A stretch of 64,000 bases of DNA from a virus (lineage: Duplodnaviria; Caudoviricetes): positions 160,001-224,000 of the IMG/VR virus record IMGVR_UViG_3300037067_027643; one strand, given 5' to 3'. Positions within the stretch are counted from its first letter, which is position 1, and the number at the start of each line of letters is the position of its first letter. A program made the position numbers and the translations under genes. This document shows, in pieces, positions 21,739-31,256 of this stretch. The notes under the pieces were generated by a model. The model was not told where the DNA came from. It saw only the letters and a list, made by a program, of their open reading frames with translations, and did not search any database.

Positions 21739-22240
21739 TAATTATAAATAATTTAAAATTAAACAAAATGAAAAATGTATTAATTAGTATCGGAATTACT
21801 ATTGTTATGATTTTTAGCAATATAATTCTTTGGAACAAAACAGCTTACAGAGATGTAGAACTGTTGAAAATTAAATCACCTAAATTTATTCAAGAACGCG
21901 GTTTTAAAGTAACTTCTTACGATGGATATGAAGGATCAATGATTCATGGTGGGTATACTTGGTATCAAGTTAGAGATTCATCTAATTATCTTTATAATAT
22001 GGCTATTGGTGAATGGAGAGGTGAATTAATGATTTACAATCAAACTTGCTTAAATGCTGTTCAGAATAGCAAATAGTTATTAAAAATAATAATATAAAAA
22101 CTATTAAAATATGGAAGAGATATTTAAAAGATACGAATTACTTAGTAAAGAGGTAAAATATATAATTCCTTTTGTTTCCAATTGGGAAGTATTTGACTTT
22201 GAGAATTTACAAAAATTTTTAGACGAAATGAAACAAAACA

Positions 22241-23281
22241 TTGATTAACAACACCCTTATATCTAATCTTCAACATATCTTAGGTCCCGGAACTCTTAAT
22301 AAAAAAGGACAGATTAAATTCTTCTGTCCCGTCTGTCATCATCATAAACAAAAATTAGAAGTATGTATTGATGATAGTCTTCCAAAATATCAAAATTGGA
22401 ATTGCTGGACATGTGGTCAGCAAAAAGGAACAAAAGGTAAAAGTATATTAGCTTTATTTACAAAATTAAATGTAACTGATAATAAACTATTAGACTATGC
22501 TAAAAGTATTAAAAAATCATCTCCTAGTAATAATAAACCAATAATTACTATCGATAAAGATGCTCAAGGAAATGAAAAAAAGGTAATAGATTTATTCGAA
22601 CCAAAAAGAAATAATACAAACAATAAAAAAATTAACCTACAACTCCCAAAAGAATTTATTCCTTTATATCGAGAAAGCAAACATAATATAAGAACTAATA
22701 TAGAGTATAAAAATGCTTTATATTACTTATTAAATAGAGGAGTAACTAAAGATGATATAATTAGTTATAGAATAGGATATTGTGATAATGGTGATTATAG
22801 TAATAAAATAATCATACCAAGTTTTGATAGTAACAATCAATTAAACTTCTTTGCTGGAAGAGCTTACTATGAAGATGATCCTATAACTCATAAAAATCCA
22901 CAAATATCAAAAGATATAATAGGGTTTGAAAATAGAATAAACTGGAATTATCCAATTACATTAGTAGAAGGAGGTTTCGATGCAATTGCTACTAAAAGAA
23001 ATGTTATTCCATTATTTGGTAAAACTATTTGTGAATATTTAAAGTTAAAAGTTATTGAAAATAATGTCTCTGATATTTATATTGCCTTGGATAATGATGC
23101 TATTAATGATGCTATAGAAGTAATTAAATATTTCATGAGTAATGGTATTAGAGTTTTTACTATAAGATTAGATGTTAAAGATCCAGCTAAAATAGGATAT
23201 TATGGTATGATAACACTTATTAATAATGCTAAACAAACAACATTTAAAGACTTAATAAAAATGAAATTAAATTTAAAATAA
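22241..23281 (+). CDS. DNA primase (DnaG-type, Zn finger plus TOPRIM)
   Basis: CPVC...WNCWTC, IIIPS..FFAGR, LVEGGFD, IALDND. Confidence 0.9.
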   Translation: MINNTLISNLQHILGPGTLNKKGQIKFFCPVCHHHKQKLEVCIDDSLPKYQNWNCWTCGQQKGTKGKSILALFTKLNVTDNKLLDYAKSIKKSSPSNNKPIITIDKDAQGNEKKVIDLFEPKRNNTNNKKINLQLPKEFIPLYRESKHNIRTNIEYKNALYYLLNRGVTKDDIISYRIGYCDNGDYSNKIIIPSFDSNNQLNFFAGRAYYEDDPITHKNPQISKDIIGFENRINWNYPITLVEGGFDAIATKRNVIPLFGKTICEYLKLKVIENNVSDIYIALDNDAINDAIEVIKYFMSNGIRVFTIRLDVKDPAKIGYYGMITLINNAKQTTFKDLIKMKLNLK

Positions 23282-23282
23282 A

Positions 23283-23314
23283 TTTGGATATTAAAAATAT
23301 TGTATTTATATTTG
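23283..23314 (+). promoter_or_regulatory. Bacteroidota-type early promoter
   Basis: TTTG-N20-TATATTTG. Confidence 0.8.
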
Positions 23315-23553
23315 TAGAGTAAATTTAAACAATTAAAAATATATATTATGAAAAAGAAAAAATTAAGTAGACCAGAAATTCTTAAAACAGTTGCAACATT
23401 AACTGAATATTCTTTACCACATGTTTATAATGTTAATAATGGAAAGAGACATAATAGACTTATCAGTAATATGATCATGGATATCAGTAATTTAAATAAA
23501 TCAAAATCAAAAGTTTTACAACCAAAGTAAAATAATTAATTTTAAATATAAAA

Positions 23554-23611
23554 ATTATTAGTGTTGTTAAGATCACATCAGCACTAATAATACTTATAAA
23601 TATATGTGATC
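23554..23611 (+). promoter_or_regulatory. Predicted H-type RNA pseudoknot in leader of the vWA/PurA-like operon
   Basis: Stem1 23554-23566/23579-23591 (13 bp, one G-U). Stem2 GATCACAT 23571-23578/ATGTGATC 23604-23611 (8 bp). Confidence 0.65.
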
Positions 23612-23633
23612 AAAAATTTAAACTATTTAAAAA

Positions 23634-23996
23634 ATGGAAACAGAAAACATTGAAAAAACAGAAGAAAAAAATGAAGGAGCTTTTTATAGTTCTTTAAAAA
23701 GAAACAATAAACAAATCAGAGACGATCGTGCATTAGCGATAGTTGATATTGCACAATTGAAGTACAAAAGAAAAGTTGAAGATTTAGAACTATCTATTAA
23801 AGACATGAAAAGAGAACAAGATAATATGCTTGATCTTTCTCCAACAAATTCTCAAAGTCTTATTATTGCTAGTGATTTTAATGCCGATGCTTATATTACA
23901 AAAGATTTAGAATTAGGAGTAAAAATCCGCAATGAAGAAATTAAATTTGAAATCGCAACTAAAAGATATGAATATTTATTTGGAGGAAACAAATAA
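23634..23996 (+). CDS. Coiled-coil hypothetical protein, first gene of the vWA/PurA-like operon
   Basis: Helical, charge-rich. Stop overlaps next start (TAATG). Confidence 0.7.
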   Translation: METENIEKTEEKNEGAFYSSLKRNNKQIRDDRALAIVDIAQLKYKRKVEDLELSIKDMKREQDNMLDLSPTNSQSLIIASDFNADAYITKDLELGVKIRNEEIKFEIATKRYEYLFGGNK

Positions 23997-24874
23997 TGGG
24001 GTATGGTAGTTATTCATTAAATGATAGATCTGTAAGAGCCGATAGTATGGGTTTTTATACTAAATCTATAAGCGAAGTATTTGAATCCAAAAATCTTAAT
24101 GAGAGTATGAATCCTAAAAATGTAACATTAAGGGAATCAAGAGATTCAAAAGAACATCCAAATAGTATAGCAATTATACTTGGATTAGATGTTACTGGAT
24201 CAATGGGATATATTCCTCAAGAACTTATTAAAGATGGCTTACCTACAATTATGGCAAATATTATTGAACATGGTAATCCAGATCCACAGGTAATGTTTCT
24301 TGCTATTGGAGATCATAAAGTTGATAGAGCGCCGTTACAAATATCACAGTTTGAATCAAATGATGAACTTCTCGATCATTGGTTGACAAAAACTTGGTTA
24401 GAAGGTGGAGGTGGCGGAAATGATGGAGAATCATATTCTCTAGCTCATTATTTTGCTGCTAAACATACTGTAATTGATTGTCTAGAAAAAAGAAATCAAA
24501 AAGGATTTTTATTTACTATTGGTGATGATAAACCACATACTCATTATTCTTCAGAAATATTAAAAAACTTGTTAGGTGATACTGATATTAAAAATAGCTA
24601 TAGTGATGTAGATCTATTAAAATTAGCTCAAGAAAAATATCATGTTTATCATATTCATGTAGGACCACAAGAAGCTAGTAATGGAGTTAAAAATAGATGG
24701 AAAGAATTACTTAATGAAAATTGTCTTATTGTTCCAAATTATAAAGATGTTGCAAAAACTATAGCAGAGACAGTAGTAGCTAATACAAGAACATCAGTAA
24801 AATCTACTTGGAATGATGATGTAATTGTAAATAAAGTAAAAGAAGAAACAAACGAAACTGATATTATTTTATGA
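23996..24874 (+). CDS. von Willebrand factor A (vWA) domain protein
   Basis: MIDAS-like LGLDVTGSMG, GGGGGNDGESY, FTIGDD. Confidence 0.85.
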   Translation: MGYGSYSLNDRSVRADSMGFYTKSISEVFESKNLNESMNPKNVTLRESRDSKEHPNSIAIILGLDVTGSMGYIPQELIKDGLPTIMANIIEHGNPDPQVMFLAIGDHKVDRAPLQISQFESNDELLDHWLTKTWLEGGGGGNDGESYSLAHYFAAKHTVIDCLEKRNQKGFLFTIGDDKPHTHYSSEILKNLLGDTDIKNSYSDVDLLKLAQEKYHVYHIHVGPQEASNGVKNRWKELLNENCLIVPNYKDVAKTIAETVVANTRTSVKSTWNDDVIVNKVKEETNETDIIL

Positions 24875-26004
24875 TTAATAAAGCAGTAATTGGATTAGGT
24901 TTTGGTGACGAAGGTAAGGGTATAACAACCGATTACCTTTGTTCCAATACCCAAAATTCAGTAGTTATAAGATATTCTGGAGGACAACAAGCTGGACATA
25001 CAGTTGTTGTTAATGGAATAAAACATGTATTTTCTAATTTTGGTTCTGGAACATTAAGAGGAGTTCCTACATATTGGTCTAAATTTTGTACTATAGATCC
25101 ATTTGGAATAGTAAATGAATTAAATATTTTACTTAAAAAAGGAATTAGTCCATTATTATATATAGACGAAAGATGTCCAGTAACTACACCATTTGATATT
25201 TATTATAATCAACAAACAGAACAAATTAATCAACATGGAAGTTGTGGGGTTGGAGTTGGATCGACTTTAAGAAGAGAGGAACATTATTACTCATTAACAT
25301 TTAAGGATTTATTTTATCCTTGGGTATTAACTACAAAATTAAATGCTATTAAACAATTTTATAATTTTAAAGAAGATGTATTAATAGATGAATTTTTAAA
25401 TAGAGTAAATATTGTAATTAATTCTCCTTATATTAAATCTATATTTGGCATTCCTGTATGTTGTAATAGAATATTTGAAGGATCACAAGGATTATTGTTA
25501 GATCAACATATTGGTTTTTTTCCTAATGTAACTAGATCAAATACCGGAACTAAAAATATATTAGAAATAGAAGATGAATCAATAGAAAAAAGTATTTATT
25601 CTACTCAAATTTATTTAGTTACAAGAGCTTATCAAACAAGACATGGGAATGGTCCAATTACAAATGAAAATATTCCAAATAATATTAAAATAAATGAACA
25701 TGAAACAAATAAACCTAATATGTATCAAGGATCTTTTAGACGTTCATTATTGGATTTAGATTTACTGGAATATGGAATTAATAAAGATGAATATATAAGT
25801 CAATACTGTAATAGTGAAAATTTAAATCTAGTAATTACATGCTTAGATTATGTTGAAAATGATTATCAATTTACATATAAAGGAGAAATAATAAGTTCAT
25901 TAAACGAGGGAGAATTTATTAATAAAATAAGTAAAATACTTAATATAAATAATGTATATATTAGTAAAACTAATGAATCTAAAAATATAATTAAATTTAA
26001 ATAA
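24871..26004 (+). CDS. Adenylosuccinate synthetase-like protein (divergent PurA family)
   Basis: GFGDEGKG, GGQQAGHTV, FEGSQGLLLD, PNVTRS, TRHGNGP. Canonical TTGRxRR loop absent. Confidence 0.85.
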   Translation: MINKAVIGLGFGDEGKGITTDYLCSNTQNSVVIRYSGGQQAGHTVVVNGIKHVFSNFGSGTLRGVPTYWSKFCTIDPFGIVNELNILLKKGISPLLYIDERCPVTTPFDIYYNQQTEQINQHGSCGVGVGSTLRREEHYYSLTFKDLFYPWVLTTKLNAIKQFYNFKEDVLIDEFLNRVNIVINSPYIKSIFGIPVCCNRIFEGSQGLLLDQHIGFFPNVTRSNTGTKNILEIEDESIEKSIYSTQIYLVTRAYQTRHGNGPITNENIPNNIKINEHETNKPNMYQGSFRRSLLDLDLLEYGINKDEYISQYCNSENLNLVITCLDYVENDYQFTYKGEIISSLNEGEFINKISKILNINNVYISKTNESKNIIKFK

Positions 26005-26047
26005 ATTTTTACTATTTATATTTGTTTTTTATGTGGAGTAGTATGAA

Positions 26048-26521
26048 ATGACATTAAACAATGAATACAACAAAATTAGATTAAATCTAATCATAAATCA
26101 TTTTTCAAAAGAATGGTTTGAATTTAAGACTATATTATTAATTGGATTTAAAGATGATTATGTAGTTAATCGTTTGGTAGAATTGAAAGCAAATATAATT
26201 AATACGGATTATAAAAATGTAAAATTTGATTTAATAATAAATATAAATTCATTATCTAATAACAATTGGCAAAATGAACTTCAACATTATTTATCTAAAT
26301 GCAACAATTTAGTTTTAGAAACAGAATTAATTGATTTTGGAAACAATAGTGAAGAGGATGTTGTGTATACCGAATATAATGAAAACGATGTAATATTATC
26401 AACTGAATCAATTGAACATATATTTAAAGACGACGATTTTAATTTTAAACGATATAAAGATAAATTATTAAACAACATTAATAAAACAAACAGATTTTGG
26501 ATCAGTACTAAAAATAATTAA
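26048..26521 (+). CDS. Hypothetical protein, possibly degenerate methyltransferase fold
   Basis: KTILLIG..., FDLIININSL, NLVLETE pattern. Preceded by ACTATTTATA (26011-26020). Confidence 0.35.
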   Translation: MTLNNEYNKIRLNLIINHFSKEWFEFKTILLIGFKDDYVVNRLVELKANIINTDYKNVKFDLIININSLSNNNWQNELQHYLSKCNNLVLETELIDFGNNSEEDVVYTEYNENDVILSTESIEHIFKDDDFNFKRYKDKLLNNINKTNRFWISTKNN

Positions 26522-26674
26522 AATGGAAAGACCGTTAAAGAAATTAAAAGATGATGAATTAATTAAATTATTAAAAATTTATTCTAGATGTACTAATTGT
26601 ACATATAAATTACAACAAGTATCAATTGAAATTTGTTATAGAACAATATTTGAAAATTTTAAAATAACTAACAA

Positions 26675-27199
26675 ATGAAAAAGATAATTCCAATTTATGG
26701 TAGCAATGACATTACCATCTATAAAATATCATATCCAGAAAAAGACATTAATAGTTTTATCTACACCCACGAAACTAGATATGAAGGTAAATTTGTAGCT
26801 GTCTTACCTTATAAAATAATAGAAGATCGTATTCAATATTTATTAAAAAAAGATATGGTATATTGTTGGTCAGATAAACAACCAATATTATATCCTATCA
26901 ACTATGGATTTGAAAGTAAGAAATTTGAAAATATGGAAGTATCTATAAGAAATAAAATATTTGAAGAAATAGGTTATAATATAGATATTAATAATGACAT
27001 AATAGATTTAGGAACTGCTTTCAATAATACATCCAGTGATAGTGAATATTATTTATTTGCAATAGATTTAACAGATATAGAAAAAAGTAAAACAGTTAGT
27101 TCAACATGTATCTGGGTTGATAGTATTGAAGATGCTAATGATACGATTTCTTATACTCTTCATTATAAATTATTAAGATACCTTAAACAAATTGATTAA
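26675..27199 (+). CDS. Degenerate NUDIX-fold protein
   Basis: VAVLPY..., IRNKIFEEIGY, IIDLG, YYLFAIDLT. Confidence 0.5.
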   Translation: MKKIIPIYGSNDITIYKISYPEKDINSFIYTHETRYEGKFVAVLPYKIIEDRIQYLLKKDMVYCWSDKQPILYPINYGFESKKFENMEVSIRNKIFEEIGYNIDINNDIIDLGTAFNNTSSDSEYYLFAIDLTDIEKSKTVSSTCIWVDSIEDANDTISYTLHYKLLRYLKQID

Positions 27200-27408
27200 T
27201 ATATTATGAAAAAAGAAGATTTGATTCAACAATTAAATGAGTGTCCAGGTAATCCAGAAATATTCTTTGTTTCTCAAAAAACTCATGTTGTAAGTGGAAT
27301 AGATGAATTAGAAATACAAGAGATTAAAGATGAAGAAACTGGAGAAGTAGCAGATATATGTATTACCTTATTTGAAAACGGACAACCAACAAATTTAGAA
27401 TAATAATT

Positions 27409-27786
27409 ATGATAGTGATTTTAGATTTTGATGGAACCGTTGTCAGTCATGAATTTCCTTTAATCGGTAATGATATAGGAGCTGTTCCTGTTTTAAAAAC
27501 TTTAATAAACAACGGTCATAAATTAGTATTATTCACAATGAGATGCAATAATTATCTAGAAGAAGCTGTACAATGGTTTAGAGTTAATGATATTCCTTTA
27601 TACGGAATCCAAACAAATCCAACTCAATCCAAGTGGACGAGTTCCCCGAAAGCACATGGGCAGCTGATTATTGATGATATTGCAGCTGGGTGTCCTTTGA
27701 AATATGATTCTAAAATATCAGAACAACCATTTGTTGATTGGGACAAAATGAAACAAATATTAATAAATACAGGATGGATAAATTAA
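27409..27786 (+). CDS. HAD-superfamily phosphatase
   Basis: LDFDGT, LFTMR, K..GQLIIDD. Confidence 0.85.
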   Translation: MIVILDFDGTVVSHEFPLIGNDIGAVPVLKTLINNGHKLVLFTMRCNNYLEEAVQWFRVNDIPLYGIQTNPTQSKWTSSPKAHGQLIIDDIAAGCPLKYDSKISEQPFVDWDKMKQILINTGWIN

Positions 27787-27787
27787 T

Positions 27788-27952
27788 ATGAAAACAAATA
27801 AATCTACAAAATCAAAAATTCACAAACTAATAAAATCTGATATCAGAAAAGATTTTATCAAACAAGGTGGTTTAGATGGTAGATTTAAAGAAAAAGTTAT
27901 ACCAAACAAAAAGAAACAATATAAAAGAAATAAAAAGATAGAAGAAGACTAA
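27788..27952 (+). CDS. Unannotated 54-aa basic protein
   Basis: MKTNKSTKSKIHKLIKSDIRKDFIKQGGLDGRFKEKVIPNKKKQYKRNKKIEED, directly after the HAD gene. Confidence 0.6.
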   Translation: MKTNKSTKSKIHKLIKSDIRKDFIKQGGLDGRFKEKVIPNKKKQYKRNKKIEED

Positions 27953-27984
27953 TCTTGCTTAAAATATTCATGAAAGAATGTTTT

Positions 27985-28020
27985 AAATCCTGTCAATTAA
28001 TTTTGATGGGATTTTTTATT
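27985..28020 (+). terminator. Intrinsic terminator
   Basis: AAATCCTGTCAA/TTGATGGGATTT stem followed by a T tract. Confidence 0.7.
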
Positions 28021-28125
28021 TGGATTATTTCAATAAAACAATAAATTTTAATTAATTTTTTACTATTTATATAATGAAATAAAAATCCTATAAATCTTAT
28101 GTCCTGTAATTAAATCCATACAATA

Positions 28126-29430
28126 ATGAACATTATCCAAAAAGAAGAAACAATCAATTTTCAATTCGATAAAAATACAAATTTAAAAAGATTTTTGGAT
28201 AAGTTTAAAGACAAACAGATAGTAAGATTTTCGGTTGTAAAATCAAATAACCAATCGGATAAAATAATATGTGACTATGCAGTAGCGGAAAACATCTCTC
28301 ATCCAATTAAAAACATATTTGAATTTAATAAAAGACAATTTGTAAATAACAGTCAGTTTAATGCTGTAATGATTATTCCAACTGGTATTGGTGTAGAAGT
28401 TGGTGGAGATAGTGGTGATGGAAATGTAGCAGCTCGTTTAATAGGTTCGGTAGTAGATAATCTGATTACGCACCCAAACGTCGTAAATGCTGCCGATATA
28501 AATGAAATGACACCAAATACTTTATATGTAGAAGGAAGTGTATTAAATTGCTTTATATTAGGTAATATAGGGTTAAATAAAAGTAAAGGAAATAAAATAC
28601 TATTGTTATATGACAATTTAACACATGATGGAAGAGAAATAAATAATACTATAAAATCATGTTCTATTAATGCAGCTTCTAGTTTAAGAGTTACTTTGGG
28701 AAATAATATTGATGTATGTCCAATCGATCTTCCACCTAAATATGATTGTTACTTTAATGATAGAAATATGGCAGTTGGAACGGTTTATAATATTGAATAT
28801 TTAATTGATATAATTGATAAGTATAAAAATGATTACGATTGTTTTGCTCTCCATACTATTATGAACATGGAAGACAAAGATGTTTCATTTAAATATTTTA
28901 ATGAAGAAAGTATTGATGTTAATCCTTGGGGAGGACTGGAGGCAATGATATCACATACCATATCAAACATATTAGATATTCCTACAGCACATGCACCTAT
29001 GTTAGCAGATGGAACTTTTGATTATGAATATGGTATAGTAAATCCGACAAAGTGTCCAGAAACATTATCTAAAACGGAATTGTACTGTATTTTAAAAGGT
29101 TTATCATATTCACCAAAAATAATAACTGATAAAAATTTATTCAATAGAAATAGTGTATTAACAAATGAAGATATCAGTTGTTTAATTATTCCAGATAGAT
29201 GTATTAACCTACCTGTATTAGCAGCTTTAGAGCAAGATATACCTGTTATTACTATTAGTGATAATAAAAACATAATGGAAAATGATATAGATCTATTACC
29301 ATGGAAAGAAGGTAAATACTTCAAAGCTAAAAATTATTTAGAAGCAGTTGGATATATCGAATGTTTAAAACAAGGGATATCACCTTTTAATTTACAAAGA
29401 CCAATAAAAGCAACAAAAATTATTAACTAA
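28126..29430 (+). CDS. DUF3326-family protein
   Basis: IIPTGIGVEVGGDSGD, LITHPNVVNAA, LYVEG, PWGGLEAMISH, PTAHAP, CILKGL..SP, YLEAVG. Confidence 0.75.
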   Translation: MNIIQKEETINFQFDKNTNLKRFLDKFKDKQIVRFSVVKSNNQSDKIICDYAVAENISHPIKNIFEFNKRQFVNNSQFNAVMIIPTGIGVEVGGDSGDGNVAARLIGSVVDNLITHPNVVNAADINEMTPNTLYVEGSVLNCFILGNIGLNKSKGNKILLLYDNLTHDGREINNTIKSCSINAASSLRVTLGNNIDVCPIDLPPKYDCYFNDRNMAVGTVYNIEYLIDIIDKYKNDYDCFALHTIMNMEDKDVSFKYFNEESIDVNPWGGLEAMISHTISNILDIPTAHAPMLADGTFDYEYGIVNPTKCPETLSKTELYCILKGLSYSPKIITDKNLFNRNSVLTNEDISCLIIPDRCINLPVLAALEQDIPVITISDNKNIMENDIDLLPWKEGKYFKAKNYLEAVGYIECLKQGISPFNLQRPIKATKIIN

Positions 29431-29453
29431 CAGTAAACAAGGAATTAAACGTA

Positions 29454-30275
29454 ATGGAAAACAAATATAATGATTTAACTTCTTTGATAGAAGAATGGAG
29501 AAACTTAATTGATTGTGATGATGTTGAAAGAGACATCTGGGAGCGAAAACTTTTAGATTTTATTTATCCAATTAGATTTAAAGAGATTGATGAATTAGAT
29601 GAGTTAATATTTTTCATGAGAAACAATGATAAGAGTTGGAAGTTTTTACCCGGTAAACCATCATCTAGTAAGTATTTTGAAAAACAACACTTTAATAGTT
29701 TTATGGATTATTTTACTAGACGATTATCAACTGATACAACACAAAACATTCAAAATAAAATAATTAATTCATCATTAATAATACCTTGTGAATGTGATAT
29801 TGAATCAATTGGAAGTGTTATTGATACAAGCAAAATAATTAGACTTAAAAAGAATAGTGAAAATGTTGTAAATACACTTAAAAAATTAGGATTTAATAAT
29901 ATTGACAATTATGGATTTATTAACATGAAATTATTATTAACTTATTATCATAGAATTCATAGTCCTATTGATGGTATTGTTAAACAGATTATTCCTATAG
30001 AACAAGAAGATAACTTTTTTGGTGATAATTCTTTGTGGATTGTAGATATAGAAAACAAACAGTTTGGAAATGTTTATATGTTATTAGTAGGTGAAAGTTA
30101 TATACAAGATTTCTCTTTTAAAATTAAATTAGGAGACTGTATAAACAAATTTGATGAAATAGGAAATTTTAATTGGGGTAGTCAAACTGTAATGCTGTAT
30201 GATACGACTAAATTTAATAATAATATTTTAGCCAAAGAAAAAGAACATTATTTTGTGGGTGATTTTATTTTTTAA
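29454..30275 (+). CDS. Phosphatidylserine decarboxylase-like (pyruvoyl) protein
   Basis: FNSFMDYFTRRL, IIPCE, YYHRIHSPIDG, MLLVG, EIGNFNWGSQTVML (self-cleavage GS motif). Confidence 0.75.
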   Translation: MENKYNDLTSLIEEWRNLIDCDDVERDIWERKLLDFIYPIRFKEIDELDELIFFMRNNDKSWKFLPGKPSSSKYFEKQHFNSFMDYFTRRLSTDTTQNIQNKIINSSLIIPCECDIESIGSVIDTSKIIRLKKNSENVVNTLKKLGFNNIDNYGFINMKLLLTYYHRIHSPIDGIVKQIIPIEQEDNFFGDNSLWIVDIENKQFGNVYMLLVGESYIQDFSFKIKLGDCINKFDEIGNFNWGSQTVMLYDTTKFNNNILAKEKEHYFVGDFIF

Positions 30276-31223
30276 TAATAACGAGCACATCCACCTTTAT
30301 TTAATCTTTTAGCATATCTTGCTGTTGCTTTATCTAATCTTATTTGTGAATTTTTAGAACCCCATCCTTTAGAAATATGTTCTGTATCTTTTGGTTTTGG
30401 TTTGCATTCTTTCTTATAAGTTATTCTATCATCTTCGATTTGATAAATAGAAATTTCAGTTGTATTGCAAAACGCTGGACGTGGTTCTTGATATAAATTA
30501 TCTAATTCTTTTCTTAATTCGCGTATCCATTCTATTGGAAAATTTGGATATATTCCGTTTTGGAAAATTGGTCTTATATAAATATATCCTTTCATTGATC
30601 CGGATTTAACGATTTTAACAGAAGTTTTAATTCCTAATTCGTTAAATATTTTCGTTTGGATATCACTTACTTTCATTTTATTATTTTTTAGAAATTATAG
30701 TTATCTTTTGAGTAATTTTTCATCGATTGGATGTTCTTGGTTATAATATCGAATAACCAATTCAAAAATTTCTTTATCTTCTATTTTTGTAGGTTTATAA
30801 GGTTTATAATTATTATCAAATACTCTTATGTTTAATCTTTGATTTTTATACCAATCATTACTATGACAAACATCATATTCTACAATTAATTCTTGTCCTT
30901 CTTTATTTTTATATATACAAACGCTCATATTATTTATTATTTAATTTTTTGTTTAATCTTATTTGATATATTTCCTGTTTTATATTCTTTGGAATTGTAG
31001 AATTAAATTGTCTTAATAATTGAAATGCTTTATTATAGTTTCTTTTTGCTTCTTTGTATTTATCACTATTTTTAACCACATCATTTACAAGTCCCATCTC
31101 ACCTCGATTACCAGCGATAACATTTTGTAATATTACATTTGCGTCATCTACCATTTTATTATAAAACTCACTTAATTCAAAATATTTTTTAATTGTCATC
31201 ATTGTTTTAATTATTTAACATTA

Positions 31224-31255
31224 CAAATATACAACAATTATTTCATATAACCAAA
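31224..31255 (-). promoter_or_regulatory. Bacteroidota-type early promoter
   Basis: TTTG-N20-TATATTTG on minus strand, driving small ORFs 30272-31202. Confidence 0.8.
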
Positions 31256-31256
31256 T

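Noticed and set aside
24871-26004. PurZ / 2-aminoadenine (Z) genome system
   Set aside because: The P-loop reads GDEGKG with the PurA-type Asp rather than the PurZ Ser, and no DatZ/MazZ-like genes are adjacent.
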